Positions 1-10,582 are shown, numbered from the stretch's first letter. The stretch: DNA of 64,000 nucleotides from an uncultured Acidobacteriota bacterium (GCA_963744445.1 CAVUTP010000015.1:17744-81743), one strand, 5' to 3'. The notes: generated by a model not told the origin, from the sequence alone. Numbers and translations: made by a program.

Positions 1-769
1 CGTAGTAGTACCGCGCGTCGCCCCGCCAGCGGTTGCTGCCGGTCTTGGTGACCATGTTGATGAACACGCCGGCCGATGCGATCTCCGCCGGCGCCGCCGA
101 CGTCTGGTAGGAGATCTCCTCGAACATCCCCTGGTCGTAGTAGAGCATCGTGGACCCGCCGCCCGGCCAGTTCACGGCCAGGCCGTCCATGGCGTACGTG
201 ATGCCGCGCGAGCCGTGGGCCGACATGGCGGTCTGCTGCATGCCCTGGGTGCCGCCCACGTCGTAGGTGCCGACCGTCACGCCCGGGATGATCTTCGCGA
301 GCGACCAGACGTCGCGGCCCGTCGGGACGCTCTCGAGAACGGCCTGGCTCATGACGGTCTGTTGCACGTTCGACTTGGTGTCCACGGTCGGGGATTCCCC
401 GGCGACCGTGATCGTCTCCTCCAGCCCGCCGACCTCGAGGATCGGGTCCACGACCGCGACGAACCCGGCGCTGACCGCGATTCCCTGCCGCGCCAGGATC
501 TTGAAGCCGGTGAGCTCGAACTTCAGGTCGTAGGTCCCGGGCGGCAGGCCCGCGAAGCGGTACTCGCCACGGGAGTTGGTCGACGCGGTGCGCGTCCCGC
601 CGATGAGCCGTTCTCCCGAAAGGCTGACCACGACACCGGGCATGATGGCCCGGCTGTTGTCCGTGACGGTGCCGGTGATGGTGCCGGTCGGCACCTGCGC
701 GCCGGCGCCGGCGCCGGCCAGGAACAGGACGATGACGACGACGCCGACGACGACGGAGCGCGTTCGCAT
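1..769 (-). CDS. TonB-dependent receptor with N-terminal carboxypeptidase-regulatory-like domain (5' part; runs off window start)
   Basis: Own translation from ATG 769 (GGAGG RBS): MRTRSVVVGVVVIVLFLAGAGAGAQVPTGTITGTVTDNSRAIMPGVVV...GEYRFAGLPPGTYDLKFELTGF...LEETITVAGESPTVD; signal peptide plus Oar-like N-terminus. Confidence 0.85.
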   Translation of the reverse strand, partial: MRTRSVVVGVVVIVLFLAGAGAGAQVPTGTITGTVTDNSRAIMPGVVVSLSGERLIGGTRTASTNSRGEYRFAGLPPGTYDLKFELTGFKILARQGIAVSAGFVAVVDPILEVGGLEETITVAGESPTVDTKSNVQQTVMSQAVLESVPTGRDVWSLAKIIPGVTVGTYDVGGTQGMQQTAMSAHGSRGITYAMDGLAVNWPGGGSTMLYYDQGMFEEISYQTSAAPAEIASAGVFINMVTKTGSNRWRGDARYYY

Positions 770-812
770 GGGAAACCTCCCGTGGAAGTCGTCAGCTGTT
801 GTCGACCGGGTC

Positions 813-2103
813 TCAGGCGCACGGCTGATCGATTGACGGGCTCGGCTGCGAGAAGAACTGTCGCCCCCTCCGGCGTGATGTACATGCAGTCCTCCAGTCG
901 GACGCCGAACTCCCCCGGGATCGCGATCATCGGCTCGTTCGAGAAGCACATCCCCGGCGCGAGCGGCGTGGTGTTGCCGCGCACGAGGTTGATCTGCTCG
1001 TGCCCGTCGAGGCCAATGCCGTGGCCGGTCCGGTGCGGCAGGCCGGGGACCTTGTAACCAGGCCCGAACCCCGCGTCGGTGATCACTTTTCGCGCGGCCG
1101 CATCCACGGCCTCGCAGGGGACGCCGGGTCTCGCCGCTGCGAAGGCGGCGGCCTGGGCGCGCTTCTCGAGGTCCCAGACGTCTTTCTGGCGCTGCGTGGG
1201 CTTGCCGAAGACGACGGTCCGGCTGATGTCGGAGCTGTAGCCGTCGATCTTGCAGCCGCCGTCCATCAGCACGATGTCGCCTTCGCGAAGGGTGCGAGGC
1301 TTGACGCTGCCGTGCGGCAACGCGGTGAGCTCGCCGAACCCGGCGCCGATGCTGCCCTCCGCGCCAAGCGCGCGGTGGGCGGCGGCCGCGTTGGCCGAGA
1401 ACTCCGCCCTCGTCATGCCCTCGTGGAAGGTGGCCACCGCCGCCCGGTAGGCGGCAATCGTGATGTCGGCGGCGCGCTGCATCAGCGCGATCTCCGCCGG
1501 CGACTTGATCACGCGGCAGCCGACGGTCACCGGGTCGGCAATCACGTACTGCAGGGCGGGCGCCGCCTTGCGGATCATGTCGTAGAGGAAGAACCGCGCG
1601 CGCTCTTCGATGCCGACGGTCCCCGTGGCGATCCCGCGGTCCTTGAGGATCTGCGCTACCACGCGGCCGGGGTCTTCGTCCTCCTCCCACGTGCGGATGT
1701 CGGAGCCAAACCGGATCAACTCGCGGGCCCGGTCCTCCTCGAACTTCGGGCACACCCACGCGAGGTCGCCGCGGGCGGGCAGCACCGCCGCGAACATGCG
1801 CTCGCTGGCGCCCCACCGCACGCCGGTGAAGTAGAACAGGCCGGTCCCCGACTCGAGGTAGACGGCGTCGATCTTGTGCTCGGCCATCAGCCGGCGGGCC
1901 TTCTCGATGCGCGCCTTCCGTTCCTCGTCCGTGATCGGGACGATACCGTCGGTCATCGGCTTGAGAGCCCGAATCACCTCGGGCACGCTGCCGGCGGCGG
2001 CGGGAGGGCCCTGGGATGGCTCGGCCGCTCGGGGACGACACACCGCCGTTGCCGCGGCCGCGGCGGCCGACAGCCGGAAGAACCCTCTCCTGTCGAGTCT
2101 CAT
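813..2103 (-). CDS. Tat-exported Xaa-Pro peptidase (M24 family); apparent frameshift near 860
   Basis: MRLDRRGFF Tat motif; DGGC..GYSSDISRT, HRTGHGIGLDGHE, EPMI, GVRLED motifs; natural C-terminus FFSQPSPSIDQPCA* lies in another frame. Confidence 0.88.
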
Positions 2104-2449
2104 ACCATCCTCCATGGATTGAGTGACGCGGACGCGTGGCGGCGGTCCGGCGGAATGGGTGCCGGCGCGGCGCGGGCGCAGGAGCCCGGGGGCGGGGGCA
2201 GGCGCGTGGAACAACCGGGGGCGCGACGGCGAACTAAGCGGGCGCGACGACGAGCCGGGAGTGGGCGCGGGGAACGGGAGCGGGCGCGGCGACGAACCGG
2301 GGGCGGGCGGGGCGCCAGCCGCAGGGGGGCATCGGCGCGATGACGCCCGGGTGTCAACCTCGCCTCGGTGCAGGGACACCCGCCAGCAGGACCCGCAGAC
2401 GCCGCCTGGGGGAGACGGACCAACGCGGGCCGACGAGAGAGCGATATGA

Positions 2450-2553
2450 CTAATCCCAGTACTCGCTTCGGTTGACGATTCGCCGCCGCGAAGGGCCGCG
2501 AAGGGCCGCCGCGCGACGAAACGATCGTCAACGCAACCGAGATCCGAGACTAG
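2450..2553. repeat. 104-bp imperfect hairpin (MITE/REP-like) upstream of the peptidase
   Basis: Left arm CTAATCCCAGTACTCGCTTCGGTTGACGAT matches the reverse complement of the right arm (CTAGTCTCGGATCTCGGTTGCGTTGACGAT) at 22/30 positions. Confidence 0.55.
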
Positions 2554-2668
2554 TTGGAATGGACGCCCAGGGTGTGGATATTGGCCAGCCGGGGAGTGAA
2601 AGTCAAGGGCTAAGTAGACGGAAGCCCGACGGTACGCCCGAGCGCGCCAACGATTGGGACTGATTCTT

Positions 2669-3746
2669 CTACGTCTCGAAGAAGTCGCCAATCACCTGGC
2701 GCAGCGCGGGGACGGACTCGGTCCGGTTGATCGTGTGGCGGAGGTGCGATCCGTTCTCGAGGCCGCGGGTGTACCAGGCGCACAGTGCGCGGAGCTTGTT
2801 CACCACGTGGCGATCACGACCGCGACGCGTCACCTGGCGATTGTCTACTTGGCAATTGTCTATTTGCCGTTCGTGCAGATGGTCAGTTGCCAAGTGGTCA
2901 GTTGCCAAGTGACCGCCGGTCGCGAGATGTCGAAACCCTTCGGTTTCTGCCGAGCGGTCCGCGAGCAACAGGTCGATGTAGTCGAGCAGGAAGCGGCCGC
3001 GGGCGGCCATCGAGACGAGGGGCAGCGGGCAGCCATCGGACAGGGCGGCGGCCTGCGCGAAGATCCACGGGTTGCGGAGCACGCCGCGGCCGACGAGGAT
3101 ACCCGCCACGCCCGTCTCGCGCATGCGGTCGAGCAGCTCCTGCGGCTCGTTGCAGTCGCCGTTGCCCCAGACCGGGATCGACACTGCCGCGGCCACCGAG
3201 GCAATCAGCTCCCAATCGGCCAGGCCCGCTGTAGGACTGCGCGGCCGTGCGCCCGTGAACGGCAAGGCCCGCGGCGCCGGCGTCCTGCATGCGGCGGGCG
3301 AGGTCCGGCGCATTCACCTCGCTGTCGTTCCACCCCGCACGCATCTTCACGGTCACGGGAATGCGCACCGCCTTCACCATGGCGGCGACGATCGCCGCCG
3401 CACGCCCGGGCTCGCGCATCAGGCTGCAGCCGGCGCTGCTCCTCGCGATCTTCGGGACGGGACAGCCCATGTTCACGTCCACGATGTCCGCGCCAATCGC
3501 CTCCACCACCTGCGCCGCGCGCGCCATCCGCTCGGGGTCCCCGCCGAAGATCTGAATCGCGACGGGCCGCTCCTCCTCGGTGAACTCCGCGTACTCGAGC
3601 GTCTTGTCCTGCCCCCGGACGAGGCCCTCGGAGCTGACCATCTCCGACACGACCAGGCTGCACCCGCCCAGCCGCTTCACGAGGCGGCGGAACGCGGTGT
3701 CGGTCATGCCTGCCATGGGGGCGATTCCGAAGGGGAGGACGGTCAT
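2669..3746 (-). CDS. dusB: tRNA-dihydrouridine synthase DusB; apparent frameshift near 3220
   Basis: [35 protein letters not shown] motifs; continues ADWELIA...GNGD...GRG in ORF 2669..3313. Confidence 0.9.
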
Positions 3747-3882
3747 GAGGCTCCAGGCTTCTGGCTCCTGGCTTCAGTAAGGCTCAAGGCTGAAGGCTCT
3801 GGGCTTGAGAAGGCCGGAAGACTGGAGCCTTTGGCCTCTCCGAAGCCTGACGTCTGAAGCCCGAAGCCCACACGCGCCAGCG

Positions 3883-4368
3883 TCAGTACGCCCTGACGTC
3901 CGCCGCGTCCACGGTGACGGCCACGGCGCGGCCGATGAGGTCCACCGACAGCACGAGGCGGGCATGCGCGCCCTTGCGAATGAGGCGGCCGATCACGCCG
4001 CGCAGCGGGCCGGAGACCACCTGCACCATGGCGCCTTCCTTGATGAGGGGGCAGGGATCGTACTGCAGGCCGCTGGTCACCAGCGTCCGGATGGCCTCGA
4101 CCTCCGCGTCGGGCACCGCCGCCGGCCGGCCGTCGAAGCACACCACCTGCGCCACGCCGTTGCAGGTCACCACCGGCAGGAGCTGCCGCGGGTCGAAGCG
4201 TGCAAAGCAGTAGCCGGGGAACAGCGGCCAATCCACCCGCTTCTTCCGGTCCTTCCAGCGGCTCCAGCGGGTGATGGTGGGGAGGAAGACCTCGATGTCC
4301 TTGGCGGCCAGCTGGTCGTGTACCGACTTCTCCGCTCGCGACCTGGTCCAAATGGCGAACCAGTCCAT
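3883..4368 (-). CDS. NusG-paralogue transcription antiterminator (UpxY/RfaH-like)
   Basis: WFAIWTRSRAEK, PLFPGYCF, KOW-like VQVVSGPLRGVIG. Confidence 0.85.
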   Translation of the reverse strand: MDWFAIWTRSRAEKSVHDQLAAKDIEVFLPTITRWSRWKDRKKRVDWPLFPGYCFARFDPRQLLPVVTCNGVAQVVCFDGRPAAVPDAEVEAIRTLVTSGLQYDPCPLIKEGAMVQVVSGPLRGVIGRLIRKGAHARLVLSVDLIGRAVAVTVDAADVRAY

Positions 4369-4396
4369 TTAGCAAATCAAATCAACAAATGACGAT

Positions 4397-5438
4397 TTAC
4401 CCATTGACCTGGGCCTGGATCGCCGCGTCGTACATCTTCTTCAGCTCGGCGTTCTTCCACTCGATCAGCGCCTGGGCGCGGAGCTTCGCAAGGTACTTCA
4501 AGAACTCGCCGCGCCGCTTCTCGTTGGCCACGCGGTTGCTGATCTGCTCGCGCGCCTCGTCGAACGCCAGCACCTTGGTCGGGGTCTGCGAGGCGATCGC
4601 GAAGAACTGCCAGCCCTGGGACGTGCGCGTGACCGGGCTCACCTCGCCGACCTTCAGGCCCTCGAAGACCTTGCGCAGCGCCGGGTCCAGCTCCTCCTTG
4701 CTCACCGGCCCGACCAGGCCGCCGTTGGCCTTGGAGGAGGAGTCCGACAGCTCGGTTGCCAGCTTCTCGAACGACTCGCCCTTCGCCACGCGCTCGCGAA
4801 ACGCCTCGGCCTTCTGCCTTGGCGTCCTCGTCCAGGCCGACGTTCAGCGTCTTGCCGTCGTTGGGAACGGCCACCAGGAACTCGCGGACCGTCAGAGACG
4901 AGGGGGTGGTCAGCTCGTTCTTGTGCACCTCGTAGTAGCGGCGGGCCTCCTCATCGGTCACCGAGATGCGCTGCATGACCTCCACCTGCTGCACGCGGTT
5001 GATGATCATGTTCTTCTCGATCGACCGCCGCAGCTCGGCCAGCGACAGGCCTTCCTGCTTCAGCGCCGCCTGGAACTGCTCGTCGGTCTCGATCTTGTTC
5101 TCTTTCTTGATGTTCCCGAGGATCTCCGTGAACTGCTCGTCGCTGAGCTTGTAGCCCAGGTCGCGCCCGCGCTGGAGGATCAGCACCTCGTCGATGGTCT
5201 CGACCAGGAGCTGCGGGGTCACGTCGAGCAGCGCCTTCTTGAGCTCCTCGTCCGTCTTCGGCTGCACACCCCGTTGCCGCAGCAGCGCAACCTGGCGCGC
5301 CTCGAGGTCCGTCTTCGTAATGATGTCGCCGTTCACCTTCACGAGGATCTGCTCGATGATCTGGTTCTGACCGGACGCTGCCGCCGGCAGGGCCAGGAGG
5401 GTGGACAGGACGATGACGACGGGGAGCTTGGTGGACAT
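4397..5438 (-). CDS. SurA/PrsA-like peptidyl-prolyl isomerase; apparent frameshift near 4815
   Basis: Signal peptide, ILVKVNGDIIT SurA N-domain, rotamase GESFEKLATELSD..KANGGLVG in the next frame. Confidence 0.85.
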
Positions 5439-5474
5439 AGAAACGCTGCCTAAAGCCAAGAACCGAAAGCCGAG

Positions 5475-5535
5475 ACGGGAGTTCACTTGTCTCGACCACG
5501 AAGAACGGAAGGCACGAAGGCCACAAACCCTTGTG
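5475..5535 (+). repeat. Truncated copy of CACGAAG-type palindromic repeat (full copy 27949-28035)
   Basis: acgggagttcacttgtctcgaccacgaagaacggaaggcacgaaggcc is nearly identical to the sequence from 27949. Confidence 0.8.
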
Positions 5536-5552
5536 TCAAGCAAACATCCATC

Positions 5553-8500
5553 TTACCCCGGCCCGAGAAGGTCGCTCAAGATCTCGGTCACTCGACCGAG
5601 AACGCCACCCTCGGCACGGGGGTCGTCCTTCACGGGCCGGACGATGGCCTCCTTGCGAAAGCCGGGTTTGACCTCGCCCTCGGTGGCCCGGGCCGTCCAC
5701 CACGACCGGGCGGCGCCCGCCGCCCCCCGAGTGAGGAGCTTGCCGCGGCCGGAACCAGCCGTTCCAGGAAAGGCTGGTCCGACGGTCCGTCCACTCTGCG
5801 ACCCTGGCGCGACGGCTCGCTCCCCTCGACCGGCCTCGCCGTGTGAAGGCCGGCCGGTGGGGCCCTGACCGGCCCCACGACCCGGCATGGCCAGGGGCCC
5901 TCGCTGCGACCGGGGCTTCAAGTCCAGCTTGATCGCCGAGGGCGGCGCCAGCGTGATCTCCGGCCGCTGCTGCACCAGCCGGATCACCCGGTTCGGGTCC
6001 GGTCCGCCCTGACCCTTGAATGTAAAGACGACGAGGGAGCCCTGGCGGTCTACTTTCTCGATCCCGAGGCGGTCGGCGAGGATGCGGATCCGGCCGTAGT
6101 CCACCAGGTTGAGGACCTCGGTGGGCATCGGGCCGTAGCGGTCCTCGATTTCCGCCACGATACGCTCGAGCTCCTCCGCCGTCCGCGACCCCGCCACCCG
6201 CCGGTAGAGCGAGAGGCGCTGGTTCTGCTCGGGCACGTAGTTCTCGTCGATCCGCAGGTCGATGCCGAGGTTCACGATCGCGCGGGTCTCGTCCTCGATC
6301 TCCTCGCCCTTCAGCTCGCGCACCGTCTCCTCGAGCAGCTTCATGTACATGTCGAAGCCGATGGCCTCGATGTGACCGCTCTGCTCGCCGCCGAGCAGGT
6401 TGCCCGCGCCGCGGATCTCGAGGTCCAGCGCCGCCACGCGGAAGCCGCTCCCCAAATCGCTGAACTCCCGGATCGCCGCCAGCCGCTTGCGCGCGACCGG
6501 GGACAACGTGTTGCCCGGAGGGATCAGCAGGTAGGCGTACGCGGGGCGATCGGACCGCCCGACGCGGCCGCGCAGCTGGTAAAGCTGCGAGAGGCCGTAG
6601 CGGTCCGCCCGGTTGATCACGATCGTGTTGACGTTCGGGATGTCCAGGCCGTTTTCGACGATGGTGGTCGCGAGCAGGACGTCGAACTTCTTCGCCACGA
6701 AGTCCACCATCGCCCGCTCGAGCGCCTCCTCCCCCATCTGCCCGTGCGCCACGACCACCTTCGCCTCTGGCACCAGCCGCTGCAGCAGGTCCCCGATCGC
6801 GTAGATCGACTGCACCCGGTTGTGGACGAAGTAGACCTGGCCGCCGCGCGCGATCTCGTTGCGGACGACGCGCGCAATGAGCTGCTGGTCGAAGCGCACG
6901 ACGTTGGTCTGGATGGCGAGGCGGTCCTTGGGCGGCGTCTCGATCACCGACATGTCCCTGATCCCCACCAGCGACATGTTCAGCGTCCTCGGGATCGGCG
7001 TCGCGGTCATCGTCAGCACGTCCACCTTGCGGCGCATCTGCTTGATGCGCTCCTTGTGGGCGACGCCGAACCGCTGCTCCTCGTCCACGACCAGGAGGCC
7101 GAGGTCCTTGAAGACGACGTCCTTGGAAAGCAGGCGGTGCGTGCCGACGATCACCTCCACCTTGCCGTCGGCCAGGTCCTGCAGCGACTGCTTGATCTCG
7201 GCCTTCGAGCGGAACCGGCTGACCATGTCGATCCGCACGGGGAAGCCGGCGAACCGCTCGCGCAGCGTCTTGAGGTGCTGGAACGCGAGGACGGTCGTCG
7301 GCGCGAGGACGGCCACCTGCTTGCCTTCCATCACCGCCTTGAAGGCGGCGCGCATGGCCACCTCGGTCTTCCCGTAGCCGACGTCGCCGCACAGCAGGCG
7401 GTCCATCGGCGTGGACGACTCCATGTCGGACTTGATGTCGGCGACGGCCGTCTGCTGGTCGGGCGTGAGGTCGTACTCGAAGGCGCCCTCGAACTCCTCC
7501 TGCCAGTGGGTGTCGGGGCTGAAGGCGTGGCCCGCGAGGGCCCTGCGCTGGGCGTAGAGCTTCAGCAGCTCCTCGGCCATGTCGCGCATGGCCTTCTTGA
7601 CGCGGGTCTTCGCGCGCTCCCACGTGGTCCCGCCCAGCCGGTCGAGCGGCGGCCGAGTGGCGCCGGTGTATTTCTGCAGCAGGTCGAGGCGTTCGACGGG
7701 GACGAACAGCTTGTCCTCGCCGGCGTAGCGCAGCTCGAGGAACTCCTGCGTGTCGGGGCCGTAGGGGTCGATTCTGATCTGCTTGAGGCCGACGAACACG
7801 CCGATGCCGTGGTCCACGTGGACGACGTGGTCGCCGACCTTGAGGTCGCGGAAGTCGGAGAGGAAGGTCTTGGCTGCGGAGCGGCGACGCTCGGAGGGCC
7901 GGCGCTCCTCCTCGAAGACGTCGGTCTCGGCGAAGATCTGCAGGGCGGCGGACGGCAGGTGGAAGCCGCGGGAGAGGGCGCCGGTGGCGACGAGCACGGA
8001 GGCGGCGTGCGCCATCTCCGTCCGGGCGGGCACGGCATCGCGCTGTCGGGGATCGACGAACACGGGGACCGCGATCAGCTCGTACTCGCGAAGGACCTCC
8101 ACCGTGCGCTCGGCGCGGCCGGGCGTGGCGGCGACGAACAGGACGGTCTCGCCCGCCTCACGAGCCCGCTTGATGTCGGCCACCCAGTCCGCGATGCGGC
8201 CGCGGAATTCCACGGCGGGGCGGCAGGACATCGTCACGGGAGTCGTGCTGGGGGTGCTGGAGGTGCTGGGGGTGCTAGTGCTAGAGGTGCTGGGGGTGCT
8301 AGTGCCAGAGGTGCTCGACTCACTAGCCACTGTCGGGTCCGTCCCGCCCTCCGCCCCCCGCCCCCCGCCTTCGACGATCTCCAGCTCGTCGAGTCTCGTT
8401 CCCAGCTCGACGAGCGACGCAATCTCTTCCAGCGGGGCGAAGAGCTGCTCCGGGGGCGGCGGGTTGCCGCCGCGGCCAATCATCTCGCGGTGGCTGGAGG

Positions 8501-9872
8501 CCAGCTGCGCGAGCGATTTCTCCGCGCGCGCCTCCACCTCTTCGGCCTCGCAGACGAAAATCACCGGCTGCTCGACGAAGTCCAAGAGCGAGGCGGACAA
8601 CTGCGCGCCTGGCTCCAGCAGCGCGGGGTAGTTGGGCGGAGGGGGCGGCGGCTCGGCTTCGAGCGGGAGGGAAAGGCCTCCGGGCTCGTCCTCATCATCG
8701 ACGTCGTCGTCTCCCTGCCAAGCCCAGGACAAATCCTGCTCGGACTCTTCGCTGCCCTCGCTCGTCGTGCCGGGGGTGCGGGAGGTGCCAGGGGTGCCGG
8801 AGGTGCTAGTGCCCGAGTCGCCCCTGCTATAGGTGCTGATGGTGCTCGTGCGGGAGGTGCCGGGCGTGCTGGTACTGTAGATGCCCGGTCCCGCTGCCCG
8901 TGCCCGTGACCCACTGTCCACTGTCCACTGTCCACCGGCCACTGGCTTCCCGCCCTCCGCCCGCCCCCCTCCCCCTTCGCTCGCGTGATCACCTGCGACC
9001 TTCGGCGGGACAAGCCCGCCCCCCGCCCTCCCCCCTCCGCCTTCTCCGGACTCACTGCCCGCTGGCCACTGCTCACTGGCCCTTGGCCGCCCGCCCTCCG
9101 CCCTCCGCCCTCCGCCTTCGTCTGTAAACACCTCCCGTAGCGGCACGATCTGGACGCGTTCGATCTCCCCCGTCGAGCGCTGGGAGGCGGGGTCGTAATG
9201 GCGGATGGACTCGACCGTGTCGCCGACGAAGTCCAGGCGGACCGGCTGCGCGCTGCCGGCGGGAAACACGTCAATCACGCCGCCGCGCACGCAGAACTCG
9301 CCGTGCTCGTCCACGGGGTCCTCGCGGCTGAAGCCCGCGTCGAACAGCAGGTCCGCAAGGGCGTAGGGATCGACGTCGGCGCCCGTGCGGATTTCGATGG
9401 AGGCGCGAAGCAGCCGATCGGGCGGGCTCAGGCGCGGCAGCAAAGCGGTCGCGGAGGCGACGATGACCCGCGCGACGCCCGTGGCCGCCGCGTGGAGCGC
9501 GCGGGTGCGCTGCGAGAGCACGCCAAGGTGTGGCGAGAGGCCGCGGTAGGGATCGACCTCGTGCGAGGGGAACGGCAGCACGGCCTGCTGCGCCGCGGCA
9601 TCGGACAGGCCCTCCATCGAGGCGAGGAAGAAGCGGATGTCGTCCGTGTACTGCTCGACGTCCGCGTCGGTCGGCACCACCACGACGAGCGTCTTCCCCC
9701 GGGTCCCCGGCCGAGGCGCCGGCGCGTGGCGCGTGGCGGCAGTCGCCAGGTAGAGCGCCTGGGCGGCGGCCGGCAGACCGGTAACGACGCCGCCCGGGGC
9801 CTGGTCGCCCAGGTGCGCCCGCGCGGTGGTGTTCTTGAGAAGCGCCTGGAGGGTCAGGGACGTTGTAGACAC
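5553..9872 (-). CDS. mfd: Transcription-repair coupling factor Mfd with long low-complexity insertions
   Basis: GEFCVRGGVIDVF, DHVVHVDHGIG (RID), GDVGYGKTEVA, VVDEEQRFGV, TATPIPRTL, QLRGRVGRS, DLEIRGAGNLLGGEQSGH, TRCF domain. Confidence 0.97.
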   Translation of the reverse strand: MSTTSLTLQALLKNTTARAHLGDQAPGGVVTGLPAAAQALYLATAATRHAPAPRPGTRGKTLVVVVPTDADVEQYTDDIRFFLASMEGLSDAAAQQAVLPFPSHEVDPYRGLSPHLGVLSQRTRALHAAATGVARVIVASATALLPRLSPPDRLLRASIEIRTGADVDPYALADLLFDAGFSREDPVDEHGEFCVRGGVIDVFPAGSAQPVRLDFVGDTVESIRHYDPASQRSTGEIERVQIVPLREVFTDEGGGRRAEGGRPRASEQWPAGSESGEGGGGRAGGGLVPPKVAGDHASEGGGGRAEGGKPVAGGQWTVDSGSRARAAGPGIYSTSTPGTSRTSTISTYSRGDSGTSTSGTPGTSRTPGTTSEGSEESEQDLSWAWQGDDDVDDEDEPGGLSLPLEAEPPPPPPNYPALLEPGAQLSASLLDFVEQPVIFVCEAEEVEARAEKSLAQLASSHREMIGRGGNPPPPEQLFAPLEEIASLVELGTRLDELEIVEGGGRGAEGGTDPTVASESSTSGTSTPSTSSTSTPSTSSTPSTTPVTMSCRPAVEFRGRIADWVADIKRAREAGETVLFVAATPGRAERTVEVLREYELIAVPVFVDPRQRDAVPARTEMAHAASVLVATGALSRGFHLPSAALQIFAETDVFEEERRPSERRRSAAKTFLSDFRDLKVGDHVVHVDHGIGVFVGLKQIRIDPYGPDTQEFLELRYAGEDKLFVPVERLDLLQKYTGATRPPLDRLGGTTWERAKTRVKKAMRDMAEELLKLYAQRRALAGHAFSPDTHWQEEFEGAFEYDLTPDQQTAVADIKSDMESSTPMDRLLCGDVGYGKTEVAMRAAFKAVMEGKQVAVLAPTTVLAFQHLKTLRERFAGFPVRIDMVSRFRSKAEIKQSLQDLADGKVEVIVGTHRLLSKDVVFKDLGLLVVDEEQRFGVAHKERIKQMRRKVDVLTMTATPIPRTLNMSLVGIRDMSVIETPPKDRLAIQTNVVRFDQQLIARVVRNEIARGGQVYFVHNRVQSIYAIGDLLQRLVPEAKVVVAHGQMGEEALERAMVDFVAKKFDVLLATTIVENGLDIPNVNTIVINRADRYGLSQLYQLRGRVGRSDRPAYAYLLIPPGNTLSPVARKRLAAIREFSDLGSGFRVAALDLEIRGAGNLLGGEQSGHIEAIGFDMYMKLLEETVRELKGEEIEDETRAIVNLGIDLRIDENYVPEQNQRLSLYRRVAGSRTAEELERIVAEIEDRYGPMPTEVLNLVDYGRIRILADRLGIEKVDRQGSLVVFTFKGQGGPDPNRVIRLVQQRPEITLAPPSAIKLDLKPRSQRGPLAMPGRGAGQGPTGRPSHGEAGRGERAVAPGSQSGRTVGPAFPGTAGSGRGKLLTRGAAGAARSWWTARATEGEVKPGFRKEAIVRPVKDDPRAEGGVLGRVTEILSDLLGPG

Positions 9873-10217
9873 GGGAGAGCTGTCACTTCACGAGGGAACA
9901 ACTTCAGGCTGCCTCGATTAGATATTGGCAACTGGTCAATTGCCAAGCAAGCCTTCACGCCACTTGGCGAGGGAGCAAGGGCAACTGGCCAATTGCGTCG
10001 CAACCGAATAGACAATTGCCACCTGGTCAATGGTCAAGTGTTCGTGTCTCTTCAATCATACCCGTCGTGGAGTAGTGGAGTATACGTGCGCACAAGCGAT
10101 GCAGATGACCTTGCCGGCGGGGGACGCCGGCCGCCAGCGGGTGTCAAGGCGGAGACGACAGCACGAGGGCACAACTGAATGAGGCTGAAGAGTTCCTTTC
10201 CCCTTGCACGCGGAAAT

Positions 10218-10570
10218 GGCGGAGCGGCCGCCGTAAGGGGCGGGTGGTTCTCGCCAAGCGAACCCGTTGTCGGCGACCCCCGGCAGGGTAGAAGAAACGG
10301 GGCGAGCGACCAACGTCCCCGCAACACCAGGGTCGGGAGACGTGGGAGGACCGCTAGTCGAGAGTCTCCCGACCCGGTCTTGCAGACCACCGACGGTAAG
10401 TCGCCGCCCCGTTTCTTTGGCAGGGCAGGGGGGAGCGGGCGAGCGCCACCCGCCCCAGGCGGCGTTGGCCAAGCGAACCCGTTGTCGGCGACCCCCGGCC
10501 CTTCGACTGCGCTCAGGGTCGCCCCCAGAATCGTCGAGGGGCGGCAGGGTAGAAGAAACGGGGCGAAATG
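10218..10570 (+). repeat. Structured ~250-bp repeat copy A (about 10218-10465) plus a partial second copy with a 46-bp nested insertion
   Basis: Same sequence as the reverse complement of 15650-15890 and 23656-24172; nested inverted repeats. Confidence 0.9.
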
Positions 10571-10582
10571 TCCCCTTCCGCC

